NCBI GenBank assembly: GCA_964522435.1
Contig: CAZFUL010000002.1
Span: 44,631-108,630, forward strand
Reading direction: 5' to 3'
DNA from: an uncultured Gammaproteobacteria bacterium
GTDB lineage: Bacteria; Patescibacteriota; Patescibacteriia; Magasanikbacterales; UBA922
DNA: 64,000 nucleotides
In this document: piece after piece, positions 46,385 to 56,997 of the stretch
Position numbering within the stretch: position 1 is the first letter of the stretch
How the letters are laid out: the number at the start of each line of letters is the position of its first letter
Notes under the pieces: generated by a model
What the model saw: only the letters and a program-made list of their open reading frames with translations
Told to the model about the DNA's origin: nothing
Database searches by the model: none
Program-made: the position numbers and the translations under genes

Positions 46385-46939
46385 ATGAAGAGCCTCAACA
46401 CCATAATTCAAGAAAAAACATTGTTGTACAGGATTAGTGTTCATAAAGACGCAGATGCCTATGCAACAATGTATGATGTGTATGTTGAGAAAATATATCG
46501 CTTTGTGTTTTTTAAAGTAAATAATACCCAAGAAGCAGAAGATATAACCAGTGATGTGTTTTTAAAAGTCTGGCAATATCTTATTTCTGAAAAAGGAAAA
46601 TCTGTATCGCATTTAAGCGGATTATTATATAGAACCGCAAGAAATTGTATTATTGATACCTACCGAGAACGAGCCAAAAAGCCAACAACCTCGCTCGATC
46701 AAGCCGAACAACTCCCTGATGAATCTCACAAACATGACATTCATATAAAAGAAGAGTATCGGCAGCTCCTTGCATCACTTACCTCATTAAAACAAGAATA
46801 TCAAGATGTGCTCTTACTCAGATATGTGGAAGAAATGAGCATGTCAGAAATCTGTCGTATTTTAGAAAAAAAACCATCCGCGGTGCGCGTATTATTGCAT
46901 AGAGCCACAAAAAAATTGCAAGAACTCCACCATATATAA
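46385..46939 (+). CDS. RNA polymerase ECF-type sigma factor (sigma-70 regions 2 and 4)
   Basis: Region 2: YATMYDVYVEKIYRFVFFKV ... DVFLKVW. Region 4: LLLRYVEEMSMSEICRILEKKPSAVRVLLHRA. Confidence 0.8.
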   Translation: MKSLNTIIQEKTLLYRISVHKDADAYATMYDVYVEKIYRFVFFKVNNTQEAEDITSDVFLKVWQYLISEKGKSVSHLSGLLYRTARNCIIDTYRERAKKPTTSLDQAEQLPDESHKHDIHIKEEYRQLLASLTSLKQEYQDVLLLRYVEEMSMSEICRILEKKPSAVRVLLHRATKKLQELHHI

Positions 46940-46942
46940 TAT

Positions 46943-48163
46943 ATGAACAAACGATTGCGTGAACAATTAAGATCGTTAAAGCAAGAACATGCTTCTTTGC
47001 GCCCATCACAAAACTGGGTTGTTTCGCATAAAGAACGGTTGCTCACGCAAATTAAAAATACCGTGACCGAAGAACAACAGGTGCCTGTGTTAGTTCGTGT
47101 ACAGCATGTGGTGAGTAGCATGTTTTCTACCCAGCGTGTGCTTGCGTTTCGAGGAGCGTTTGCTGTGGTATTAGTGGTTGGATTAGCAACCAGTGGTTTA
47201 GTTGCGAGTGCAAGTCCATTACCACGAGACCTGTTATTTAATGTAAAAGTGGCAATGGTGACCGTAACCGGAAATGCAAAAGCAAAAGGCAAATTACATC
47301 TCGACGAAGCAAATTATCAAGCACAAGAGTTACAACGAAAAGTTGCTACGGGATCATCTGAACAAAAAGACGTTGAAAAACAATTGAAAAAAATTAAAAA
47401 GCAAGTAGATTCTGCAAAAAAAACATTAGATAATGCACAAGAAGCAGATAGAACGGTGTTAGCAAAAGATTTAACGAAAGAAACCACGACCATTGCACAA
47501 TCATTAAAAGAAGTAACCGATGGTGCTGCGACAACAGACGCGACGGTAAAAGAAGTAACCGCGGTCCGACAAGATGTATTGTTAGCAGGGATTGATGGGT
47601 TGGTCGTATTAGGAGAACTCATTGATCAGCCAACGGATAGTTTAGGAGCACAAGAAGTCACAGAAATTCAACAAGTAGTAGAAGAAAAAATTGTGGTTAT
47701 TTTAGAAGAAGCCGAAGCAATAAAACAACAAGTGATTGAAGATACAAAAGTGATTGTTTCTGAACAACAATCCACAACCACCCTGCAAGCGGTGATAGGA
47801 TCAACAACACCAGCAATGAGTGATACCACAGCCTCTTCAACCAGTAATAACGTATCGTCTACCCCTGTATCTGTACAGCAACAAGTAGAAAAAGATATAC
47901 AAACATTAAGTGAAAGTGCGCAAAAAACAGATACGGCGGTTACACAGGTAAAAGAATTACTCGGAGAAAATCAAGTAGGAAAAGCCGTGGAAGCGGTGAA
48001 ACAATTACAAACGATTGCCCAAGAAACAGAAGCGGTATTAATTAATGTACGAGAAGTGATTAAAACCAATACTGAACCATCAACCACTGCCACGCTGCCT
48101 GCCGCAACAACTACGGTAATATCACCAACCACGACCCTGCCTGCGCCAGCAACAACATTATAA
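46943..48163 (+). CDS. Putative anti-sigma factor / DUF5667-like single-pass membrane protein with an extracytoplasmic coiled-coil
   Basis: Immediately follows the ECF sigma gene. One TM helix (AVVLVVGLATSGLVA). Long Glu/Lys/Thr/Val-rich coiled-coil. Confidence 0.5.
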   Translation: MNKRLREQLRSLKQEHASLRPSQNWVVSHKERLLTQIKNTVTEEQQVPVLVRVQHVVSSMFSTQRVLAFRGAFAVVLVVGLATSGLVASASPLPRDLLFNVKVAMVTVTGNAKAKGKLHLDEANYQAQELQRKVATGSSEQKDVEKQLKKIKKQVDSAKKTLDNAQEADRTVLAKDLTKETTTIAQSLKEVTDGAATTDATVKEVTAVRQDVLLAGIDGLVVLGELIDQPTDSLGAQEVTEIQQVVEEKIVVILEEAEAIKQQVIEDTKVIVSEQQSTTTLQAVIGSTTPAMSDTTASSTSNNVSSTPVSVQQQVEKDIQTLSESAQKTDTAVTQVKELLGENQVGKAVEAVKQLQTIAQETEAVLINVREVIKTNTEPSTTATLPAATTTVISPTTTLPAPATTL

Positions 48164-48489
48164 ATACAGGTAGTGATGACGATAGTCGCTTCGATTGTAT
48201 CGGCATCATCCCTGTGTTTGTAAAAACACACGTTAATAGAAGATTATATACAGCTCCCAGTACTGTATGGCTCTGCTTTCTATCCGCCGATGAGGCGAAT
48301 GGAAAGCGACTGCCATACGGTAGCCCAAATCTACCGGGCAGGGGAGCAGCCTCCCGCAAGGGAGAACATATCATTAGAAAAGTCGACTCTGGAATTCCAG
48401 GGAATGATATGCTAATAAAAATTCCTTATTTTGGAAGATTTGTTCCTTTTATAGGAATAAACGCTTTCAGATAAGCAGTATACTTACTT

Positions 48490-51400
48490 ATGACAGACGT
48501 GATTAAATTTAGTAAAAAAGCATTTACCTGGTCTGTTGTGCTCATGACAATTTTGTGGAGTATGGGTGTTGCGGCTCTTATGCCAGCATCTGTACAAGCT
48601 GCAGAATGTCCTGCACTTGACCCAGGAACCGACTTTGTTGTACGCGGCGCACGCGCTGTATACAACCTTGATCAAAATTTAGAAAAACGCGCGTACCAAC
48701 ACGAAAAACATTTTCGTATGTGGCGCCGTGGTGAAGGCAATGCCGTTTTCTCTGGCGTTGTAACAATCGACCCAACATGTGCTGATGCATATGATTTACC
48801 AGGCTCATTGCCAATTTGGGTGGGTCCTTTCCCAGGTACTCTTGTTACCCATGAAGAAACACGTAACGTGTACGTTGTTGCTGATGGAAACAAAGCATAC
48901 CGCGTTCCTTCTGAAGAAGTTGCAAAAGCATTTTGGGGATCTAACGTGTTTAAACGCGTTACTACCATCTTGCCTACATACTGGGTAAACTTCTCTATCC
49001 AAGCAACTGATTTTAGTGGAGACGCTCCTGTAGAAGGATCTCTCGTTCGTCGATCTGGCGTTGTATACGTTATGATGGGCGGAAAACTTCACCGTGTAGA
49101 AGGTAGTATGCCAGCTGGTGCATTAGCACAAGCAGTGGACGCTACTGATGCACAATGGACATCTTGGGTTGGTTCAGTAGTTGACCAAGCGGTTACTGCA
49201 GAATCATTAATTTCAAACCCAGGTCGTACAACTGGAAGTTCTACTCCAACTGATCCAAACACACCTCCAGCAAGTAATGCTGCAGTTGCGTTAAGTTTGA
49301 GTGCAAGTACTCCAGCAGGTGGAACTGTTGCTGTTAACGTTGATAACGTTGAATTCACCAAAGTTGTTTTCAAAAACAATGGTAGTGATGCAGCACGCGT
49401 AACATCTGTACGTATTGGCCGTTCTGGACTTGGTCAAGTTGGTGATTTTGAATCAGTTACTTTGTATGATGGTGCTACCAAACTTGGTAATACTCGTACT
49501 TCATGGACTGAAAACAAATACATGAACTACAACATTCCAGAAGGTTGGGTAATCCCAGCAGGTGCATCTAAAGTATTGACCATCAAAGGTCGTTTAGACA
49601 CCGCTGCTACTTACAACGCACTTGGCGTTGAATCTCTTACCCTTTCTGGTGGAGCAGTTTCTGGTCTTCCAGTATTCGGAAACGAAAAATTGGGTGTAGC
49701 AGTAACTGTTGGTGGAGTAACTCTTACTGGTCGTGGTACTGACACACAAACCAAAAAAATTGGAAGCAATGACGTTACTTTAGCAGAATTCCGTTTAGCA
49801 ATGAACTCTGTCGAAGAAGTTGAATTGCAATCAATTACCTTAGAAAACAAAGGAACTGCTAACAATGATGATGTTGCAAACTTACACTTATATCGTGGAT
49901 CTACCAAATTGGCTGGTCCTGCACAAATTAATGCAAACGATCAAGTAAGTTTCGTTCTCTCTGAACCATTACTTATGGAAAAGAGTAAGAACTACGACTT
50001 CAAAGTTGTGGGTGATATCGTTGATGGTATTGATAAAACCGTTGTATTGGTTCTCGATGCATCAACCGATTTAGGAGCTGTTGGTTTAACCTACAAGAGT
50101 AGTGTTTCTGTAACATCAACTGATTTTGATGCAAATGCAGATAATGGAACAACTCAAACCACCATTGATGGTGCTGAGTTAAATATCAGTTTCACTTCAG
50201 TAGCACTTGATACTACTGATGACCGTGATGACGTAGAATTTGGTCGCTTAACCTTAAGCGCTGGATCTACTGATGTTGAAATCTCTACCTTAATCTTTGG
50301 TATTGATGAAGAAAACGGTGATGCTGATGCAACAAATAACGAAGACGTAACTGACTTCGAAATGGTTGACGTTCTTGATGGATCACTTTACAGTGGTACC
50401 ATGACTCTTGGTGGTGACAACGATGCTGACAGTGAATTGTGGACCTTTAGTGATGAATTATACTTGGTTGCTGGTCAACCTCGTACCTTCATCCTTCGTG
50501 GTGACCTTCCTGCAGGCATTGGAGACAACGATTCATATCGTGTTACCTCTACCATCAACACCACAAATGTTGTGGCAGAAACCAAACCAGGAAATGACGC
50601 AGTAGACAACTTCTCTATTGGAAGCTTTACAGGTAAATTAGTTACTGTAAAAGGTGCTGAATTAACTGTTCGCTCAACCAACATGAATGACAGCAACGCT
50701 GTATTCACAGAAGAAGGTGTTGTTCTCTTCAAAGGTTCATTGGAAGCATCTGTTGCAAGTGCACTTGATGTTGACCGTATGAAATTCGAAGGTGCGCATG
50801 AAACTGCAGGTAATACTACAGAAGTAAATGCAAACTTTGATGAAGATAACTGGTCTGAAATCGCACTCTATACCTGGAATAAAACAACTGGTACATGGGT
50901 TCGTCAACAAGCCTTAAATAGTTCAGACTTAGGTGATTCTATTATTGACTTCGATGATCTCGACTTTGAAGTACCAGCTGGTGCTGCAAATCGTGTAGAC
51001 TTTGAAGTTCGTGGTAGTACAAAATCTGTGTTTACTGCAAATACAACTGTTCATATTCAATTGGACACTGTAGAAGCAAATGATACAGATGGAGATGATC
51101 CAACTATCGTAAATACTGCTGGTGTTGCAATTCAAGATCAATTTGAACTTGAAACAACCCGAAGTGTTACCTTGCAAGAAGCTGGTGCGTTACAAATTTC
51201 TATGCGTACCACCGATGCTGGCTTTAACAAAGACCGCATCTTCTTAGCAGGATCTGGTATGTGGGTTGGTAAACTTCGCTTACGCGCATTATACGAAGAT
51301 ATCATGATTGAAGATCTTCGCTTAAAAAATGCAAACGCAGGTGAAGAAGTATCTGTACAAAGTGTCTGTCTCTACAAGAGTACTGTACTTAGTGCAGAAA

Positions 51401-52341
51401 ACCTCGTAGCATGTGCAAGCATGGACGAAAATGACGTGGTAGTATTTGATTCAATCAATGTTACTGTTGCTGAAGGAAGTCAAGATTGGTATATCTACGT
51501 TACCGCTACCCCAATGGGCGACGATGACGGTGATACCGCTGTAACACAAGATGTTATTGAATTACTTGTGGACAGTGCGACAACTGATTACGTTGTTGCT
51601 AAAGGTATCGGATCTAACACCGTTCTTGGTGCTGACGATGGTGACGAGGTAACTGCATCAGGAGAAATTACTTTCGACGCAGATAACGATGGAACCTTTG
51701 ATGAAGCTGGAGATACAACAACAGCAAATAGCAAAGAATTCACTATTGCTGGATCTAAAATTACTGATGTTTCAATGGTTTCATTTATCGGAAACTCACA
51801 ACAACCAGATTTGACGGTTGCTGCAGACATTAGTGGAACCAGTGAACACATTATTGCTATCTTAAAAGTTGAAACTGCTCTCCACAGTAATGAACGTGCA
51901 AATGGTGATGCCTTGAAACTCGCGTTGGACGAATTTATGTTCTACGTAGAAAAACAAGCAAGTACCACAATTAGTGGTGCAACCATTCAACGTTGGAGTG
52001 GGTCTAGTGGTACTGTTGCGTTAACATTAGATGGTGTTGACACTGATGGAGATACTACTGGTACCTTAACCTTAGCAGCGCCTACCTCTAGTTTAGGTGC
52101 TGACGCACAAATTGACGCAGGTCAAACTGCATACTTTGTGATCAAGGGAACCTTTAACGCCTTGAATAATTCTGCAAGCGTTAAAGACTTCATTACTGTT
52201 CGCTTGAACAGTCTTGATACCGCAACCAACAACATTGACTGGGTTGATGGTTACTCAGGATTCTTAGGCACTGCCTTTGAAGAATTGCTCTTAGATAAAA
52301 CAAGTGCTCCAGGTATTCAAGTTGATGAAGACCTTTCATAA
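48490..52341 (+). CDS. Giant secreted surface protein (1283 aa), S-layer-like. Thr/Asp/Gly/Val-rich beta-repeat protein
   Basis: Signal peptide MTDVIKFSKKAFTWSVVLMTILWSMGVAALMPASVQA. The mature protein has no Cys and is acidic with many Asp clusters (Ca-binding-like). A long 5'UTR lies upstream. Confidence 0.6.
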   Translation: MTDVIKFSKKAFTWSVVLMTILWSMGVAALMPASVQAAECPALDPGTDFVVRGARAVYNLDQNLEKRAYQHEKHFRMWRRGEGNAVFSGVVTIDPTCADAYDLPGSLPIWVGPFPGTLVTHEETRNVYVVADGNKAYRVPSEEVAKAFWGSNVFKRVTTILPTYWVNFSIQATDFSGDAPVEGSLVRRSGVVYVMMGGKLHRVEGSMPAGALAQAVDATDAQWTSWVGSVVDQAVTAESLISNPGRTTGSSTPTDPNTPPASNAAVALSLSASTPAGGTVAVNVDNVEFTKVVFKNNGSDAARVTSVRIGRSGLGQVGDFESVTLYDGATKLGNTRTSWTENKYMNYNIPEGWVIPAGASKVLTIKGRLDTAATYNALGVESLTLSGGAVSGLPVFGNEKLGVAVTVGGVTLTGRGTDTQTKKIGSNDVTLAEFRLAMNSVEEVELQSITLENKGTANNDDVANLHLYRGSTKLAGPAQINANDQVSFVLSEPLLMEKSKNYDFKVVGDIVDGIDKTVVLVLDASTDLGAVGLTYKSSVSVTSTDFDANADNGTTQTTIDGAELNISFTSVALDTTDDRDDVEFGRLTLSAGSTDVEISTLIFGIDEENGDADATNNEDVTDFEMVDVLDGSLYSGTMTLGGDNDADSELWTFSDELYLVAGQPRTFILRGDLPAGIGDNDSYRVTSTINTTNVVAETKPGNDAVDNFSIGSFTGKLVTVKGAELTVRSTNMNDSNAVFTEEGVVLFKGSLEASVASALDVDRMKFEGAHETAGNTTEVNANFDEDNWSEIALYTWNKTTGTWVRQQALNSSDLGDSIIDFDDLDFEVPAGAANRVDFEVRGSTKSVFTANTTVHIQLDTVEANDTDGDDPTIVNTAGVAIQDQFELETTRSVTLQEAGALQISMRTTDAGFNKDRIFLAGSGMWVGKLRLRALYEDIMIEDLRLKNANAGEEVSVQSVCLYKSTVLSAENLVACASMDENDVVVFDSINVTVAEGSQDWYIYVTATPMGDDDGDTAVTQDVIELLVDSATTDYVVAKGIGSNTVLGADDGDEVTASGEITFDADNDGTFDEAGDTTTANSKEFTIAGSKITDVSMVSFIGNSQQPDLTVAADISGTSEHIIAILKVETALHSNERANGDALKLALDEFMFYVEKQASTTISGATIQRWSGSSGTVALTLDGVDTDGDTTGTLTLAAPTSSLGADAQIDAGQTAYFVIKGTFNALNNSASVKDFITVRLNSLDTATNNIDWVDGYSGFLGTAFEELLLDKTSAPGIQVDEDLS

Positions 52342-52385
52342 TCATACATAACTGTTGATTAGGACGCTTGCTTTCTAAGCAAAAA

Positions 52386-52422
52386 GACACCTTACCCCTT
52401 GGGGTAAGGTGTTCTTTTTTTT
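52386..52422 (+). terminator. Strong rho-independent terminator after the S-layer-like gene
   Basis: GACACCTTACCCC-TT-GGGGTAAGGTGTTC followed by TTTTTTTT. Confidence 0.8.
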
Positions 52423-52489
52423 AAAAAATACCACTCGACAGATAGACGCTTTTCCTATATACTCCCTGTACTATATTTTTGTTATCCTT

Positions 52490-54535
52490 ATGTATACCCA
52501 TGCGTCATTGTTATTAAAAACCATGCTTATTGCCTTGTTTGTTACGCCCTTGTTGGTATTTTCTGATCTATTTATCTTTCCCTTTGTTGTCTCAAAAGTA
52601 TTTGTGTTACGCTCGCTTATTATCGCGCTCGCTGCAGTTTATCTTATATTGGTACTCAACAATTGGCAGCAGTATAAAGTAAGCCCACATCCCTTGCATT
52701 ACGCGGTTATTCTTTTTTTACTCAGTTATAGTATCTCCACCTTTGTGGGAGTAGATTGGTACCGAAGTTTTTGGGAAAATCATGAGCGTATGTTGGGCTT
52801 GTTTACCCTGGTTCATTACATATTGCTCTATGCTATTGCCTCAAGTAGTTTACGCAGCTGGCAAGATTGGCGAACCGTTTTTCGTGGCATAAGTATCTTT
52901 GGGGGCATTGTCATGGTGATTGCCTTATTACAACAAATAAATCCGGAGTTATTACTGAACAGAGGAAACCGCTCTGCGTCTACTTTAGGAAATCCTATTT
53001 ATGTAGGCGGCTACGCCTTATTTTTATTGGCGGTTGCGTACCTCCTCATGATAAAAGAAACGGTTCGTTCTTGGAAACGGTTTGCTCAAATTGCTGCCCT
53101 CCTTGCATTGGGGGGACTGCTTGCAAGTGGCACGCGTGGATCCTTGCTCGGCTTATTTTCTGCGATTGTTGTGTCGTTAGTTGGGTATGTTATTACCATG
53201 AAACAATCCGCCGTTGTTCGTAAATGGGTGTCTATTGGCGCGGCATCATTTATTGTATTGATTTCGGTACTCTTCTTTTTTAGAAACACGGGGTTTGTTC
53301 AATCTATTCCAACGGTAGGTCGTGTTTTTTCTCTTTCTTTTTCTGCTACCACGTTAAATACCCGTTTAATGGCCTGGGATGTTGCCTGGCAAGGAACACA
53401 AGAGCATCTCTTGTTTGGCTGGGGACCAAGTAACTTTTTCTATTTGTTTAATAAATACTATCAACCAGAATTTTTGTATTATGGATATACAGAAACCTGG
53501 TTTGATAATGCGCACAATGTGGTGGTAAATACCCTCGCAACGCAGGGAATAGTTGGTGTTGTTGCGTACCTTGGGTTGTTTCTCACTCTTGCGTATTGTC
53601 TTATTCGCGCATATCGTCATCGTATGATAGACGCGCATGTAATGATTATTGGACTCGCATTTTTTGCGGCGCATTTTGTTCATAATCTCTTTGTGTTTGA
53701 AAATGTAACGTCCTATTTATATTTCTTTCTCTTTTTGGCCTTTTTTGCGAGTCAAACAACCATAGCCGTTGATAAAAAAAATACGGCGCTTGTGCGTAAG
53801 CCAGTGTCATCAGTGATTATTTGGGCTATTTGTCTGTTGGCCCTCGTATTCATTTGGATAACCAATATCAATCCTGCTCGAGCTAATGCACGAAGCCTTG
53901 TGGCATTACGCCAGTTGAATGCGCAATCAGAAGGGGTATTGGATTATTATGAACAAGAAGTTAAATCAATACCTACGCCACATCGTGATGATGTTGTTAT
54001 GGATGTTTCTCGTATATTTATTGCCAATATTGATGATTTGGTAAAACAAAATCGTTTAGAAGACATAGAGGCAGGGGCGTTACTTATGGAAAAAGACATG
54101 GCCGATATTCAGGCATTACACCCCTTAGATGTTCGTTTATACATTCAACGAGCAGAATTATATAGAATCATGGGAAATTATGCGCCCAGTGTTTCATTTT
54201 TTTATACAGAAGCTGAGAAATTATTACTCACCGCAAAGGAACTTTCTCCCAAACGACAACAATTAAATTATTTGTTAGCGGCAATTTATGCCATGCAAGA
54301 ACGTCATGATGATGCCATTGTCTTACTTGAAGAGGCACTTGCTGCTGATACTCGTGTGGGTGAATCATGGTGGCGCCTTGCCGTGACCCACCAAGATAAA
54401 GGAGATATAGAAAAAGCGACAGCGCTTATAGAAGAAGCGTTTGCGAAACAAGTACTGTTTGATACACGGGGACTTGATGTGATTCAAAATGTCTTACAAA
54501 TGACCTTACCACAATACCTTATTGAAACAATATAA
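52490..54535 (+). CDS. O-antigen ligase-like (Wzy_C) polytopic membrane protein with a C-terminal TPR domain. Candidate oligosaccharyl/O-glycan transferase
   Basis: About 10 TM helices. Wzy_C-like loop GTRGSLLG. C-terminal TPR-like repeats LNYLLAAIYAMQERHDDAIVLLEEAL and WWRLAVTHQDKGDIEKA. The start sits after the terminator; alternative ATG at 52526. Confidence 0.55.
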   Translation: MYTHASLLLKTMLIALFVTPLLVFSDLFIFPFVVSKVFVLRSLIIALAAVYLILVLNNWQQYKVSPHPLHYAVILFLLSYSISTFVGVDWYRSFWENHERMLGLFTLVHYILLYAIASSSLRSWQDWRTVFRGISIFGGIVMVIALLQQINPELLLNRGNRSASTLGNPIYVGGYALFLLAVAYLLMIKETVRSWKRFAQIAALLALGGLLASGTRGSLLGLFSAIVVSLVGYVITMKQSAVVRKWVSIGAASFIVLISVLFFFRNTGFVQSIPTVGRVFSLSFSATTLNTRLMAWDVAWQGTQEHLLFGWGPSNFFYLFNKYYQPEFLYYGYTETWFDNAHNVVVNTLATQGIVGVVAYLGLFLTLAYCLIRAYRHRMIDAHVMIIGLAFFAAHFVHNLFVFENVTSYLYFFLFLAFFASQTTIAVDKKNTALVRKPVSSVIIWAICLLALVFIWITNINPARANARSLVALRQLNAQSEGVLDYYEQEVKSIPTPHRDDVVMDVSRIFIANIDDLVKQNRLEDIEAGALLMEKDMADIQALHPLDVRLYIQRAELYRIMGNYAPSVSFFYTEAEKLLLTAKELSPKRQQLNYLLAAIYAMQERHDDAIVLLEEALAADTRVGESWWRLAVTHQDKGDIEKATALIEEAFAKQVLFDTRGLDVIQNVLQMTLPQYLIETI

Positions 54536-54546
54536 TATCGTGTTAT

Positions 54547-55857
54547 ATGGATATTTATACGTATATACAACAAAAAGATATTCGCGTGACTGTTATTGGG
54601 TTAGGATATGTTGGCTTACCCTTAGCAATACTCGCCGCCACAAAAGGGATTACGACCTATGGCTACGATATTAGTACTGATCGCATTAATCAATTGAGAT
54701 CCGGCATATGCTATGTTGATGATGTATTGAGTGCTGATGTTGCGCGTTTTGTTGAAACAGAAACATTTATCCCAACGAATGATGCTTCTGTTATTGCGAA
54801 TTCTCATGTGGTAATAATTTGTGTTCCCACGCCCCTGACAAAACATAAAATTCCGGATGTAAGCTATATTACAAAAGCAGCAGAAACGGTAGGAACCTAT
54901 GTACAAAAAAATACACTGGTGATATTAGAAAGCACTACCTACCCTGGCACAACAGAAGAAGTCTTGGTCCCCCTTATTGAAAAACACAGTGGATTAATTT
55001 GTGGGACAGACTTTTTTGCTGCGTTTGCGCCGGAACGCGTCGATCCCGGTAATCAGCAATTTACTTTTCAGCAAATCCCGAAAGTCGTTGGGGGCATAAG
55101 CCCAGAACAAACAGCGGTAGCCGTTTCTTTTTATCGTCTTCTGTTAGATAACGTGCATCCGGTTTCCACAACTCGTGTGGCAGAAATGACTAAGCTGTTG
55201 GAAAATATTTATCGCTTGGTAAATATTTCTATGATTAATGAAATGGCGCTGTTGTGTGGCAAAATGGATATTGATATTTGGGAAGTGATTGAAGCAGCAA
55301 AAACCAAGCCCTACGGGTTTCAGGCATTTTATCCTGGACCTGGAGCAGGGGGGCATTGTATCCCACTCGATCCATTTTATTTGTCTTGGAAAGCAAAAGA
55401 ATATGATTTTCAGGCTCGATTTATTGAATTAGCAGGCGACGTTAATTATCGTATGCCAGAATATGCGATGAGTAAAATTATGTTTGCGTTAAACCAACAT
55501 AAAAAAGCATTAAATGGGTCACGTATTTTGGTGTTGGGGGTTGCATACAAACGTGACATTGCTGATCCGAGAGAATCACCTATTTTGCGTTTACTCGAAC
55601 TCCTCATGAAAAAGAAAGCGGTGGTAGAATTTTATGATCCGCATATTGAGTTGGTGCATATGGAAGATGAAGAACATACACAAATTTCTGGAAAATCATC
55701 TATACAGGCGAGTGATTATGCGAGCTATGATTGTGTGGTCATTGGTACTGATCATAATGCTATTAATTATGATGATGTGGTAAAACATGCCCCGCTCATC
55801 GTAGATTTACGCAATGCCATTAAAGATCGCTCACACGCGCATGTATATCGGTTTTAA
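54547..55857 (+). CDS. Nucleotide-sugar dehydrogenase (UDP-GlcNAc/UDP-ManNAc 6-dehydrogenase family, WbpA/WecC-like)
   Basis: N-terminal Rossmann VTVIGLGYVGLPLA. Catalytic Cys region GGHCIPLDP. 436 aa. Confidence 0.8.
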   Translation: MDIYTYIQQKDIRVTVIGLGYVGLPLAILAATKGITTYGYDISTDRINQLRSGICYVDDVLSADVARFVETETFIPTNDASVIANSHVVIICVPTPLTKHKIPDVSYITKAAETVGTYVQKNTLVILESTTYPGTTEEVLVPLIEKHSGLICGTDFFAAFAPERVDPGNQQFTFQQIPKVVGGISPEQTAVAVSFYRLLLDNVHPVSTTRVAEMTKLLENIYRLVNISMINEMALLCGKMDIDIWEVIEAAKTKPYGFQAFYPGPGAGGHCIPLDPFYLSWKAKEYDFQARFIELAGDVNYRMPEYAMSKIMFALNQHKKALNGSRILVLGVAYKRDIADPRESPILRLLELLMKKKAVVEFYDPHIELVHMEDEEHTQISGKSSIQASDYASYDCVVIGTDHNAINYDDVVKHAPLIVDLRNAIKDRSHAHVYRF

Positions 55858-55863
55858 TCATCT

Positions 55864-56997
55864 ATGAAACGGGTGCTCATTCTTACGAGATTTTTTCCCC
55901 CCGAACAAGGAGCCGCACAAGAGCGAGTACGATTTTTTGCAGAACGAATAGGGCAACAAGGGCACACCGTGTCTGTATATACGACCTATCCTTCATATCC
56001 AGACTATCGTCATCATACACAACCAGACGTGGGTGCAACTTCTTACACGCTGTATCGTTTTTGGGCACCGGGTTGGGGAAGATCTTGGCGCGCACTTACG
56101 GAACTATGGTTTGCCGCTCGGGTGACGGTGCAACTCTTGCTTAGCAAAAAACCGGATATTCTTATTGTGAGTAGCCCTCCCTTTTTTTTAGCACTGGTTG
56201 CCGTATGTGTGCGATATATCCGTCGTCTTCCCTATATTGTCGATGTACGAGACTTGTACCCAGATTCATTGGTTCATGTTGGCTGGATTAACGCGACCCA
56301 TCCACTCAGTAGACTATTGTTTACCTTAGAAAAACGCGTATATGAGCAAGCAAAAGGAGTTATTGCGATAAGTGCACACATGAAAAAAACCATTCTTGCA
56401 AAAGCACCAACAGCGGTTGTGAGTACCATATATAATGGTTTGGATTATACGCAATATAGACAATATGAAACAGCGGTACAGATAACACCGCCCTTTGTGC
56501 ATTCCGATAAAAAAACCGTTATCTATATTGGTAACTTTGGTCGTGTCTATGATTTTATGACCATATTACAGGCGGCGAAACAATTGCAAAAAACCGCTTG
56601 GCAGTTTGTGTTTGTGGGAGCAGGTCAACAACAAAAAGACATGGAACAGTATATTCGAGAACAGGGCATAGAGAATGCTTTTTTGCTCCCAATGGTCGGA
56701 ATGGAACAGATACCATCCTATGTAAAAGCGGCAGATGTTGGTATTGTTTCGTTAAAAGATATTCCTTTAGCACAAGGGAGTATTCCAACAAAAATATTTG
56801 AATACATTGCAGCAGAGCTGCCCGTATTAGCACGGGTGTACGGAGAGGCACAAGAGTATTTTGATGGATATATTACGCCATTTTCTACTGCAGAGGATAT
56901 TGTGGCCTTTTTAATGAAACCGCTCCCAAAACAACAGCCGTTTATAGAACGGTTTGATAGGGAACATGGGTTACAGACATTATTATCAATAGTATGA
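55864..56997 (+). CDS. Glycosyltransferase family 4 (GT-B)
   Basis: C-terminal EX7E-type region PTKIFEYIAAELPVLA. 377 aa. Confidence 0.65.
   Translation: MKRVLILTRFFPPEQGAAQERVRFFAERIGQQGHTVSVYTTYPSYPDYRHHTQPDVGATSYTLYRFWAPGWGRSWRALTELWFAARVTVQLLLSKKPDILIVSSPPFFLALVAVCVRYIRRLPYIVDVRDLYPDSLVHVGWINATHPLSRLLFTLEKRVYEQAKGVIAISAHMKKTILAKAPTAVVSTIYNGLDYTQYRQYETAVQITPPFVHSDKKTVIYIGNFGRVYDFMTILQAAKQLQKTAWQFVFVGAGQQQKDMEQYIREQGIENAFLLPMVGMEQIPSYVKAADVGIVSLKDIPLAQGSIPTKIFEYIAAELPVLARVYGEAQEYFDGYITPFSTAEDIVAFLMKPLPKQQPFIERFDREHGLQTLLSIV

Noticed and set aside
52409-52489. Annotated start of the Wzy_C/TPR ORF at 52409
   Set aside because: The first codons lie inside the strong terminator hairpin of the upstream gene. 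A downstream ATG at 52490 or 52526 is more plausible.
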